Source: Roseateles sp. (GTDB lineage Bacteria > Pseudomonadota > Gammaproteobacteria > Burkholderiales > Burkholderiaceae_C). From it: a DNA stretch of 64,000 nt. Numbering within the stretch: position 1 is the first letter of the stretch; each line of letters begins with the position of its first letter. The position numbers were made by a program, and so were the translations under genes. The notes below the pieces were generated by a model. The model saw only the letters and a program-made list of their open reading frames with translations, was not told where the DNA came from and made no database searches. Location of the stretch: positions 3,380-67,379 of the forward strand of contig NZ_JBKCLH010000140.1 in the NCBI RefSeq assembly GCF_046300915.1, read 5' to 3'. Below, piece after piece: positions 18,452 to 27,198 of the stretch.

Positions 18452-21253
18452 TCACAAGCCAATCGATTTGCGCAAGGCTTGCACATCCGGGCGATTTGAC
18501 AGCCCGGGGGCGAGATTGAGGGCTGCCTTCAGCTCCTCCCGGGCTTCGGCCTTGCGGTCCAGCCGGCTCAGGCCGGCGGCCAGGCTCAGGCGCAGCTCCG
18601 GGGAGGACGGTGCACGCAGCCTGGCCTCCCGAAGCCGATGCACGCCAGACTCCACCTCACCCTGCTGCACCATGATGGTGCCAAGCAGGGCCAGCGCCTC
18701 GGCATTGCCAGGTGCAAGTTGCACAGCCTTTTCCGCGGCGGACTTGGCCGCCGGGTCGCGAGCCTTCATGAGGCTGCCGGCGTACTTGAGCCACAGGATG
18801 GGGTTGCCGCCATCGGCCTGAAGCAGGCGGGAATAGCTCTGCTTGCTGTCCGACGCCAAGCCGGCCTGTGACTGAACTTCCGCCAGGGCGAACAGCGCGT
18901 TCCGGTCCTGAGGCTGCTTCTTTTGCCAATCGCTGAGCAGGCTGACGGCAGCCTGCGCCTGGCCGGAAGCGAGCAGGGCATTGGCCAGCAGAATGGCATT
19001 GGGCGTGCCGGGCGAGCGATTGAAGGCGCTGCGGTAGCTGTCTGCCGCCGCGGCAAACTGGCCCCGACCCATGGCCGCGTGGCCGTTCACGGTGTGCGTC
19101 AGGGTTTCATTGGGATGTTTGGCATTCAGCGCCTTCAGCGCGGCGTCGGCCTTGGCCCGGTCGCCGCGCTTGAACTCGATTTCCACTTGAAGGCTCATGG
19201 CGCCCAGATCGTTGGGGCGAGCCTGCAGGGCCTTCTGTACGTTGTAGATCGCGTCGTCCACGCCGTCAGCGGCCAGCAGCATGCGGCCCAGCATGACCAG
19301 CCTCTCCGCATCCTGGTCCACCAGGCGGGAGGCATCGCGGAGGGTGCCGCGCGCGCGCTGCAGATCGCCGGCGCTCATGTTTGTCTGGCCCAGGGCAATC
19401 AGCACCGGTACATCGCTGGGGTTCTTGGCTGCCAGGGTCTTGGCCACGCTCAGAGCGCGTGTGATATCGCCCTGCTTGCTCAGCGCATCGATCATGGCCA
19501 TGCCGGCCCTGGTGTCGTTGGGCTGAAGGCTCATGGCCTGCTCCCACAGGGGCAGGGCCTCATTCAGACGGCCGGCGCGGAATTCCAGCACGCCGAGCTG
19601 GAACATGAGCCCGGCGTCACGGTTGTTTTCCTTGAGCAGCTGGGTGAGCCGCTGGCGAGCCGGCTCGAAGCGGCGCTCCTCGATGTCCAGCCAACTCAGA
19701 TTGACGGCGGCCGGGAGGAACTTGGGGTCTAGCTTGAGCACACCTTCGAAGGCGTCGCGGGCCCCCTTCTTGTCACCCGTGCGGCCGCGGATATTGCCCA
19801 GGAAGCTGTGCATGGTGAAGTTGCCGGGATCCACCTGGACGGCGGCCTCGGCCGTCTTGCGTGCCTTGTCGGCCAGCCCTTGCTGGGCATAGAGCATGGA
19901 CAGGCGCGTCAGCACATCCACGTCCTTGGGGTTCTGTGCCAGGGCGGCTTCGAGCAGTTCGATACCCCGCTTGTCATTGCCCAGGCCCAGCTGAGTGATG
20001 CCCAGATCCCGCATGACCATGGCGCTGGGCGCCTTGCCAAGAGCCTGCTCGAAATACTCGCTGGCTTGCCGGTAGTGCTTGCGACCGAGATGCAGTCGCC
20101 CCAGGGCGTTCAGGATGGCGGGCTCGTTGGGCGACTCGCGCAGCAGCCCTTCCAGGATGGGCTGCGCCTGGCTGTACTCGCGTGCATCGATCAGCAGGGA
20201 GGACAGCAGCAGCTGACCGGCAAAGTGCTTGGGTGCGAGTATCAGCAGGTTCTTGAGCCTCTCGCGGGCTTTTTCGGCATTGCCGAGCGCCTGATGGGAC
20301 AGGGCGGCGGCCATCAGGATCGCCTCGTCCCCATTGACCACGCCTGGTGGCAGGATGTCGGTCTGTTCCACCACTTCCGTGAAGAACTTCTGGGCGCTCT
20401 TGCTGTCGCCGCTGCGGGTGGCAAGGGCTGCGCGCAGATAGCTGGCCCTGGGGTCGACGATGGCCCCCTGCTTCAGGACGTCCAGGGTTTTGCCGGCATC
20501 GGCGTTGCGGCCCAGCAGGGCCAGCAGACCGGCCTTAGCCACCACAGCGTCCACCTGGCCTTTCTCCAAGGCCAGTGCGCGGTCCAGGGCGACGAGCGCT
20601 GGCGTGCTCTCGCCAGTGATCTGCAGCACCGCTGCCAGCGTGGTCCAGGCGCTGGCCGATTTGGGCTCCAGCTCGGTGGCGCGCGTGGCGCTGGCCTTGG
20701 CGCCCGCCACATCACCGCTGCGCAGCTTGAGCTTGGCCTCACCGATCAGCGGGGCCGCCATGTCCGGAGCGGCGCGGCGCGCTTGCTCGAAGCTTTGCGC
20801 TGCCAGCGTCCGGTTGCCTTGCATGGCATAGGCACTGCCACGCAGCACCAGGGCCTCGGCCAGGGTGCTGCCGCTCAGGCCATCGGTATTCAGGCTCTCA
20901 ATGATCTTGCGGTTCTCGCCCAGGATCAGGTAGACCTGACCCAGGGGGAGTACGACCTCGCTGCGCGCCACGCCCAGAGCCTGGGCCTGCTCCAGCGCCG
21001 CTTCCGCGGCCTTGATGTCGCCGGTGCGCAGCAGGGCCTTGCCCAGCAGCAGGTGCGCGGCCAGCATCTTCGGGTCGGCCTGGATGGCGTTCTTGAGCTG
21101 CACGATGGCGCCGCTCAGATCTTCCTTGGCGTAGCGGGTCAAGGCATCGTCATAGTGGCGGCTGCCCGTGTTGGCCCATGCCAGTGTCGATGCCAGTGCC
21201 AGGGGAGCCAGGGCGAGCTGAATACGGGTTTTCTGCTTGGAAATTCGTGTCAT
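18452..21253 (-). CDS. prsT: PEP-CTERM-system TPR-repeat protein (PrsT-like)
   Basis: 933 aa made almost entirely of TPR repeats after a signal peptide (LALASTLAWA). Size and architecture match the PrsT family. No lipobox Cys in this copy. Confidence 0.75.
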   Translation of the reverse strand: MTRISKQKTRIQLALAPLALASTLAWANTGSRHYDDALTRYAKEDLSGAIVQLKNAIQADPKMLAAHLLLGKALLRTGDIKAAEAALEQAQALGVARSEVVLPLGQVYLILGENRKIIESLNTDGLSGSTLAEALVLRGSAYAMQGNRTLAAQSFEQARRAAPDMAAPLIGEAKLKLRSGDVAGAKASATRATELEPKSASAWTTLAAVLQITGESTPALVALDRALALEKGQVDAVVAKAGLLALLGRNADAGKTLDVLKQGAIVDPRASYLRAALATRSGDSKSAQKFFTEVVEQTDILPPGVVNGDEAILMAAALSHQALGNAEKARERLKNLLILAPKHFAGQLLLSSLLIDAREYSQAQPILEGLLRESPNEPAILNALGRLHLGRKHYRQASEYFEQALGKAPSAMVMRDLGITQLGLGNDKRGIELLEAALAQNPKDVDVLTRLSMLYAQQGLADKARKTAEAAVQVDPGNFTMHSFLGNIRGRTGDKKGARDAFEGVLKLDPKFLPAAVNLSWLDIEERRFEPARQRLTQLLKENNRDAGLMFQLGVLEFRAGRLNEALPLWEQAMSLQPNDTRAGMAMIDALSKQGDITRALSVAKTLAAKNPSDVPVLIALGQTNMSAGDLQRARGTLRDASRLVDQDAERLVMLGRMLLAADGVDDAIYNVQKALQARPNDLGAMSLQVEIEFKRGDRAKADAALKALNAKHPNETLTHTVNGHAAMGRGQFAAAADSYRSAFNRSPGTPNAILLANALLASGQAQAAVSLLSDWQKKQPQDRNALFALAEVQSQAGLASDSKQSYSRLLQADGGNPILWLKYAGSLMKARDPAAKSAAEKAVQLAPGNAEALALLGTIMVQQGEVESGVHRLREARLRAPSSPELRLSLAAGLSRLDRKAEAREELKAALNLAPGLSNRPDVQALRKSIGL

Positions 21254-21315
21254 GGCTTTCGCGCGCCAGGGTTGGAGCGCCTGTAGGCTGGCCCGGCATA
21301 GGGCCCAGGAGGGGG

Positions 21316-21966
21316 TCAGTAGCGCAGCTGCAGGGTCAGCGTGTCGTTTTCGCGGCGCATCTGGAAGCGGTTGAGGAAGCTGTTGCCCAGCAGCACATGA
21401 CTCATCTGGCCGGGCACGACGATGGCATCCACGTTGTGGATCTCCACATCGCCCACGCGCACGCTGGCCAGCTGCAGCACATGGGCGGGCACCACGCCAT
21501 TGGCGGTCTGGGTCATTACCCGGCGGCCCTCGCTGAACTTCAGGCCCAGGCGTTCCGCCTCGGCCTGAGCCAGAGAGACCGTGGTGGCGCCGGTATCGAC
21601 CAAGAACTGCGTAACCCGGTTGTTGATGGTGCCTTGGGTGATGAAATGCCCGCCCGGGCCCGAGCTCAGCACAATGGACCGTGCCTGGGGCGTGCTCTGC
21701 GCAGCAGCGCCGACCCGGGCAGGCGTACTGCCCAGGTTCAGGCTCTGGCGACGACCGCCCTCAAGTTCGACCACGATCTGCTCGCCCTCGAGGCTCAGCA
21801 GCTTGACGCCTCGCACCCGTTGGCCGACGCTCACGGTCGTCGGCTGCCCGTCAATCACCAGCAGGGCGGCCTTCTGACCCAGGCTGCCATTGAAGCTGAC
21901 GTTCTGGGCCCCCGATGCGCCGGCCATTGCCAGACCGGTGAGCAGCAAGGCGGGGGCACGCATCAT
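21316..21966 (-). CDS. Retropepsin-like (clan AA, DTGA) aspartic protease
   Basis: 216 aa, N-terminal signal/anchor. C-terminal domain has LVDTGATTVSL and ...LLGNSFL... as in the proteobacterial TIGR02281-type family. Confidence 0.8.
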   Translation of the reverse strand: MMRAPALLLTGLAMAGASGAQNVSFNGSLGQKAALLVIDGQPTTVSVGQRVRGVKLLSLEGEQIVVELEGGRRQSLNLGSTPARVGAAAQSTPQARSIVLSSGPGGHFITQGTINNRVTQFLVDTGATTVSLAQAEAERLGLKFSEGRRVMTQTANGVVPAHVLQLASVRVGDVEIHNVDAIVVPGQMSHVLLGNSFLNRFQMRRENDTLTLQLRY

Positions 21967-21971
21967 GAGGA

Positions 21972-22466
21972 TTACTTTCGGTAGTTCTCGAAGCTTACGG
22001 GCAGGTCCGCCAGCTCCTTGCGCAGCACGCCCTGGGCGGCCTGCAGATCATCCAGGCTCTTGCCGGTAATGCGCACGATATCGCCTTCGATGGCGGCCTG
22101 CACCTTGAGCTTGCTGTTCTTGATGGCGGCCACGACCTTCTTGGCCTCGGCGGCTTCCAGACCGGACTTGATCTTGTAGACCTGCTTGACGCGGTCACCG
22201 CCGAGCTTCTCGATCTTTTCCTGCTTGTCCACAAAGCCCAGCACCACGCCCTGCTTGGTTAGCTTGGCATAGAGCACACCCTCGATCTGCTCGAGCTGGA
22301 ACTCGGCATCGCCGGTGGCGTGGATCTCTTTTTCCTTGTCCTTGAACTCGATGCTGGCGCTGGTGCCCTTGAAGTCGAAGCGGGTGGAAATTTCCTTGGC
22401 GCTGGCGTCCACGCTATTGCGGACCTTGACCATATCGGGCTCGAGAACGGTATCAAAACTAGGCAT
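21972..22466 (-). CDS. yajQ: YajQ-family nucleotide (cyclic-di-GMP)-binding protein
   Basis: ATG at 22466 (MPSFDTVLEPDMVKVRNSVD...). About 164 aa, canonical YajQ N-terminus. Confidence 0.9.
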   Translation of the reverse strand: MPSFDTVLEPDMVKVRNSVDASAKEISTRFDFKGTSASIEFKDKEKEIHATGDAEFQLEQIEGVLYAKLTKQGVVLGFVDKQEKIEKLGGDRVKQVYKIKSGLEAAEAKKVVAAIKNSKLKVQAAIEGDIVRITGKSLDDLQAAQGVLRKELADLPVSFENYRK

Positions 22467-22515
22467 ATCGGTTTTCTGTGCGGGCGGACTGCCCTTGATC
22501 GGCGAAAATTCTGCC

Positions 22516-23592
22516 ATGCCCGACCACGCTGTAAATCCCCCGAACTCGCCGGCCCTGCTGCTGGAGCGGGATGTCAACCTCAAGTCCTACAACAGTTTCG
22601 GCCTGCCGGCCCTGGCCGAGCGCCTGGTGCGCATCCGCGAGGAGGCCGATGTACGTCGCGTGGTGGATCACCCCGAACTGGGCCGTGCGCCCAAGTTCGT
22701 GCTGGGCGGCGGCAGCAATATCGTGCTCACCCGCGATGTACAGGCCGTGGTGCTGAAGATGGAGATTCCGGGCATCCGCCTGCTGGAAACACGCGAGGAT
22801 GCCTGGATCGTCGAGGCCGGCGCGGGTGTGCGCTGGCACGATCTGGTGAGCTGGACGATCGAGCAGGGCTATCCCGGACTGGAGAATCTGGCCCTGATCC
22901 CGGGCACCGTGGGCGCGGCGCCGGTGCAGAACATCGGCGCCTATGGCATCGAGCTCAAGGACCGTTTCGAGAGCCTGGACGCGGTGGACCTGGTCACCGG
23001 CCGCACGGCCCTGCTGCCGGCGGCCGTCTGCCGCTTCGGCTATCGCGACAGCGTGTTCAAGCAGGACGGCGAGTCCGTCTTCGGTGGCCTGGCGGGCAAG
23101 AGCGTGATCACCCGCGTGCGCTTTCGCCTGCCCCGGCCCTGGCAGCCCCAGCTCGACTATCTGGACCTGCAGCGCAAGATGGCCGAGACCGGCATCACGG
23201 CGCCGGATGCCCGCCAGATCTATGACTGGGTCTGCGAGATCCGCCGCGCCAAGCTGCCCGACCCGGCCCGGATCGGCAATGCCGGCAGCTTCTTCAAGAA
23301 CCCGGTGGTGAGCGAGGAGCAGTGCCGCGACATCATCGGCCGCGACCCCGGCATCGTGCACTACCCCATGCCGGATGGCACGGTGAAGCTGGCTGCGGGC
23401 TGGCTGATCGATGCCTGCGGCTGGAAGGGCAAGACCGTGGGGGGGGCGGCGGTCTACGAGCGCCAGGCCCTGGTCCTGGTCAACCGGGGCGAGGCGCGCG
23501 GCGCCGAGGTCGTGACCCTGGCACGCGCCATCCAGGAGAGCGTCTACGGCCGCTTCGGCATCCGCCTGGAGCCCGAGCCGGTGCTGCTGTAA
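22516..23592 (+). CDS. murB: UDP-N-acetylenolpyruvoylglucosamine reductase
   Basis: ATG at 22516. FAD-binding GGGSNIVL and GNAGSFFKNP motifs. 358 aa. Confidence 0.9.
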   Translation: MPDHAVNPPNSPALLLERDVNLKSYNSFGLPALAERLVRIREEADVRRVVDHPELGRAPKFVLGGGSNIVLTRDVQAVVLKMEIPGIRLLETREDAWIVEAGAGVRWHDLVSWTIEQGYPGLENLALIPGTVGAAPVQNIGAYGIELKDRFESLDAVDLVTGRTALLPAAVCRFGYRDSVFKQDGESVFGGLAGKSVITRVRFRLPRPWQPQLDYLDLQRKMAETGITAPDARQIYDWVCEIRRAKLPDPARIGNAGSFFKNPVVSEEQCRDIIGRDPGIVHYPMPDGTVKLAAGWLIDACGWKGKTVGGAAVYERQALVLVNRGEARGAEVVTLARAIQESVYGRFGIRLEPEPVLL

Positions 23593-23629
23593 GCGCCACG
23601 CCTTGCGAGCTGGCCTGGCCTGAGGCTGC

Positions 23630-25882
23630 TCAAAGCAGCCCGCGCTCGGCGCACAGGCTTGTGCTGCGCTCCAAGGCCGCTCTCAGGCGCAGCGTGGTTT
23701 GCAGCAGGATCGAGGCATCGGCGCCTTCGTGCACGGCCCGCTCCAGCTCGCGTGCTGCACGGCAGACCCCCTTGAGGCCGAGATTGGCGCTGGCGCCCTT
23801 GAGTGCGTGGGCGGTGGCGCGAAGGGTTTCGGTATCGGGCTCCCGCAGGGCGACCTCGAGACGCTCCAGGCTCTCGGGCAACTCGCGCACAAAGCACTGA
23901 TAAAGCCCAGGCACCTTCTTGGGTGGCAGATGGCGCACCAGATTCTGCAGGACGCCCTCGTCGAACTCCGGTGCCTGCACTCCAGCGGGCACGCTTTTGC
24001 TTGAAGGGGGGAGCTCGCCGGCCTGCGGCGCCTCAGCCTGGGTCGACGCCTCCTGTCGCGCGAGCCGGTCGAGCAAGGCCGACAGGGCCCGCAGATCCAG
24101 GGGCTTGGCCAGAAACTCGCTCATGCCGGCCTGCAGGGCCCGGCGCCGCGAGTCCGCAAATGCATCGGCCGACAGCGCCACGATGGTTGTCTGCCCCTTG
24201 CGTCCGGGCAGGGCGCGCATGGCGGCGCTGGCGGCGTAGCCATCCATGACCGGCATATGCAGATCCATCAGCACCAGGTCGAAGTCCTGCCGGGAGAACT
24301 GCTGCAAGGCCTCGAAACCGTGGCTGCAGACACAGGCCTTGTGACCGAGTTGCTCCAGCACCGCCTCCAGATAGAGGCGATTGGTGGCATGGTCCTCGGC
24401 GACCAGGATGCGCAGGGGGCGTTCGGGCGCCGTCTTCGCCCGGGCGGGGGCCTCCAGCTCCGGCACCGGCGCCTCACAAGCGTGCAAAGGCAGATCCAGC
24501 AGGAAGCAGGAACCCTGGCCGGCCTGGCTGCTGACCCGAATGTCGCCGCCCATGGCGCGGGTCAGATTGCGAGAGATTTCCAGGCCCAGACCCGTGCCGC
24601 CGTGGCGGCGCGAACTGCTGTCGTCGCCCTGGCTGAAGCGCTGGAACAGTCGGCCGAGCAGGGCCTCGTCCATGCCGATGCCGCTGTCCCGGACCTGGCA
24701 GTGCAGTCTGGGCTGGCCTTGTGCGTCCGTGCCCAGGTCCAGGCGCAGCGTGACCTGCCCCTGATCGGTGAACTTGATGGCATTGCTCAGCAGATTGAGC
24801 AGGATCTGCCGCAGTCTTGTGGCGTCGGCCAGGATCCAGGGCGGCAGGCGGGCATCCAGCTCGAAGCTCAATCCCAGCTGCTTGGCGCGCGCCAGGGCAT
24901 GGCAGGCCTCGTCCAGTTCGCGCAGCAGCCGCGCGGGCTGCAAGGGCGCGTCATGGATGCTGAGTGCGCCAGCCTCCGTCTTGGAGAGGTCCAGGATGTC
25001 ATTGAGTATGGCCAGCAGATGCTGGGCCGAGTCCTGTGCGGCCCGCAGGCGCAGGCGCTGCACATCATCGAGTCGCGAGTCCCTGAGCAATTCCAGCATA
25101 CCCAGCAGCCCATGCAGCGGGGTGCGCAGTTCATGGCTCATATTGGCCAGGAAGGTGCTCTTGGCCCGGCTGCCGGCCTCTGCCGCGCGGCGCGCCTTGC
25201 GCAGCCGTCGGCTCAGGGCACGTTGCCGGCGCCCATGGCGCGCAAGGCTGCGCAGCTGGAGCATGACCACCACTGCCAGACCCAGGGCCAGGGCGCACTG
25301 CAGCAGGGTCAGGCCCAGGCTCAGGCTGCTCTGCTTGCGAACCAGATCGGTGCGGGCATTGACCTGCTCCGCCACATGATGAGACGCCGTCACGGAGAGC
25401 TCGGTGATCAGCGGGGCCAGCCCGGCCAGCTTCTCCTGCATCGTTCGCACCTGCTCGGGCTGCTCCTTGATCAGGGTGGCGTCCAGCGGCAGGGCATCGG
25501 CCCAGCTCACCAGGGCGCGGCTGTCGGCAATCATGCGCCGGTAGTCCGCATGAGCCCCCAGCACCTTGGCAGCGTGCTCACCCTCGATCAGCCCCAGCCG
25601 ACTCACAAAGATCTCGAAGCGCTCCGCGGCGGCCTGGGCGGAAGACGCGTCCCCCCGCTGCACGCTCTCGGCCAGCAGGCTGCGCAGCTTCAGATACTCG
25701 ACCTCGTACTGGAACACGCTCCAGACAAGGTAGTCGTCCTGGTACTGGCGGCTGGCGTTCAACAGCTCCAGCTGACGGGACTGCAGCAAGCCCGAGCTCG
25801 CAAAGACCAGCAGCAGCAACAAGCCCAGGCCCGCCACGAGCTGGCGCAGGCGGCGCGGTGAGAGCGAGTTGGTGATGCTCAC
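23630..25882 (-). CDS. Hybrid sensor histidine kinase / response regulator with C-terminal HPt domain
   Basis: Periplasmic sensor region between two TMs, H-box LANMSHELRTPLHG, HATPase GGTGLGLEISRNL, REC (ILVAEDHATN...LVLMDLHMPVMDG), HPt (AHALKGASANLGL). A likely GTG start at 25882 forms a GTGA overlap with the upstream gene stop. Confidence 0.85.
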   Translation of the reverse strand: MSITNSLSPRRLRQLVAGLGLLLLLVFASSGLLQSRQLELLNASRQYQDDYLVWSVFQYEVEYLKLRSLLAESVQRGDASSAQAAAERFEIFVSRLGLIEGEHAAKVLGAHADYRRMIADSRALVSWADALPLDATLIKEQPEQVRTMQEKLAGLAPLITELSVTASHHVAEQVNARTDLVRKQSSLSLGLTLLQCALALGLAVVVMLQLRSLARHGRRQRALSRRLRKARRAAEAGSRAKSTFLANMSHELRTPLHGLLGMLELLRDSRLDDVQRLRLRAAQDSAQHLLAILNDILDLSKTEAGALSIHDAPLQPARLLRELDEACHALARAKQLGLSFELDARLPPWILADATRLRQILLNLLSNAIKFTDQGQVTLRLDLGTDAQGQPRLHCQVRDSGIGMDEALLGRLFQRFSQGDDSSSRRHGGTGLGLEISRNLTRAMGGDIRVSSQAGQGSCFLLDLPLHACEAPVPELEAPARAKTAPERPLRILVAEDHATNRLYLEAVLEQLGHKACVCSHGFEALQQFSRQDFDLVLMDLHMPVMDGYAASAAMRALPGRKGQTTIVALSADAFADSRRRALQAGMSEFLAKPLDLRALSALLDRLARQEASTQAEAPQAGELPPSSKSVPAGVQAPEFDEGVLQNLVRHLPPKKVPGLYQCFVRELPESLERLEVALREPDTETLRATAHALKGASANLGLKGVCRAARELERAVHEGADASILLQTTLRLRAALERSTSLCAERGLL

Positions 25883-26400
25883 CGGACGTCCAGACTCTTG
25901 AGCTGCCAGATGCAACGGCTGTAGTACAGCGTGTTGCGCAGCCGCGGATGGCTCTCGAAGGGGTAGACCACGAACAGCGGGCCCTTGTCGCGCAGCAGCA
26001 TGGGCTGATCGTCGAGCAGTCTTGCCAGGATCACCGGCAAGGTCTGCACATCCTCCATGGGAATACTGACCTTGTAGTCATTGATGGCCACGGCGTCGAT
26101 CTGCTGGCCCTGGGCCTGGGCTGCCGCCAGCACGTCCCGCAACAGGGGGCCGGTGAATTTGCGTGGCCCGCTGTACCAGGGCGTCTTCTGCACCAGGTTG
26201 TGCTGGGGCAGGGCCGCCAGCATGGCCATGTCGAACAGGGCGCGGCCCTCGCTATTGCTCTGTCCCAGCCGTCCGCTGAGTGTCAGCACCACGCCGCCGC
26301 TGGGGTTTGGCAAGGCCCAGGCCAGGCCGGGACACAGGCTCAGCAGGCTGTTCAACAGGGACCGGCGGGACAAGAGGCCATGCATGGGGTGTGGGAGCAT
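25879..26400 (-). CDS. Small Tat-exported periplasmic protein, molybdopterin-oxidoreductase-domain-like (YedY/MsrP-fold fragment)
   Basis: Twin-arginine-like signal LSRRSLLNSLLSL...AWA. About 170 aa, resembling the small 'oxidoreductase molybdopterin-binding' proteins often coupled to sensors. ATG at 26400 or 26385. Confidence 0.55.
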   Translation of the reverse strand: MLPHPMHGLLSRRSLLNSLLSLCPGLAWALPNPSGGVVLTLSGRLGQSNSEGRALFDMAMLAALPQHNLVQKTPWYSGPRKFTGPLLRDVLAAAQAQGQQIDAVAINDYKVSIPMEDVQTLPVILARLLDDQPMLLRDKGPLFVVYPFESHPRLRNTLYYSRCIWQLKSLDVR

Positions 26401-26562
26401 CAGCGCGAGCAAGCTTGAATCGCTTCAGAGCTGAAGCGGCTGCGGATTCTAGGCAGGCAGTCGTGCCACGCCCATGAGAGGATTCCTGGTACCTATCCCG
26501 GGGGAGGGGATGCCGCGACCCGGGGCAGTCGCTTGTGCTTGAGGCGACTCAAGACCGCGCTT

Positions 26563-27198
26563 CTAAAAGCCTGAGCCGGGCTGCGCCAGATAGACCAGCT
26601 CGGCTTCGGTGCTGTCGCGGCCCAGGGCCACGTTGCGATGCGGGAAGCGGCCGAACTGGGCAATGACCGCATGATGGCGCCGGGCATAGTCCAGGGCGCC
26701 GTCCAGGCGGGCTTCCTCGGCGGCCAGGGCCTCGAAGAGGCGCACACAGCGCTGCTGCAGGCCCAAGTCCTCGGCATGCTCCAGAGGCAGGTAGACGAAA
26801 AGGCGCTGCAGCGGCGCGAGCTGCCGGTCCGCGCCGCTGTCCACCAGGCTCAGGGCTTGCGCCAGGGCCTGCGGGTCGCCGGCAAAGGCCCGGGCCGTGC
26901 CGCGATAGCTGTTGCGGGTGAATTGGTCCAGCAGCAGGATGCGCGCCAGCGCCCCCTCGGGCCCGGCCGCGCTCCAGTCCGCCAGACCGCCGGCCAGGGC
27001 GGTCTCCAGCAGAGGCGCGAAGCGGCCCTGGATCTGGGCGTCGAACGCGGCGTCCTTGATGAACCAGGCCTTGCGGTACTGGCCGGCCTCGGCACTGCCC
27101 GGCGCGCCGAACCAGAAGTCCAGCACGGCGCGGGCGCCTTCCGGCAGGGTGCCGTCTGGCAGGGCGCTCGGGGTGCTCTGTGCGGCGTTGCTGTTCAT
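26563..27198 (-). CDS. DUF924-family protein
   Basis: ATG at 27198 (MNSNAAQ...). Motifs FWFG..., LLDQFTRN, HAVIAQFGRFPHRN are typical of DUF924. ATGA overlap with the upstream peptidase stop. Confidence 0.8.
   Translation of the reverse strand: MNSNAAQSTPSALPDGTLPEGARAVLDFWFGAPGSAEAGQYRKAWFIKDAAFDAQIQGRFAPLLETALAGGLADWSAAGPEGALARILLLDQFTRNSYRGTARAFAGDPQALAQALSLVDSGADRQLAPLQRLFVYLPLEHAEDLGLQQRCVRLFEALAAEEARLDGALDYARRHHAVIAQFGRFPHRNVALGRDSTEAELVYLAQPGSGF

Noticed and set aside
26423-26440. Inverted repeat CGCTTCAG-AG-CTGAAGCG upstream of the Tat-signal gene
   Set aside because: The loop is too short for a terminator hairpin, and the repeat occurs once with no recognisable regulator consensus. 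It could be an operator, but I cannot support that from sequence alone.
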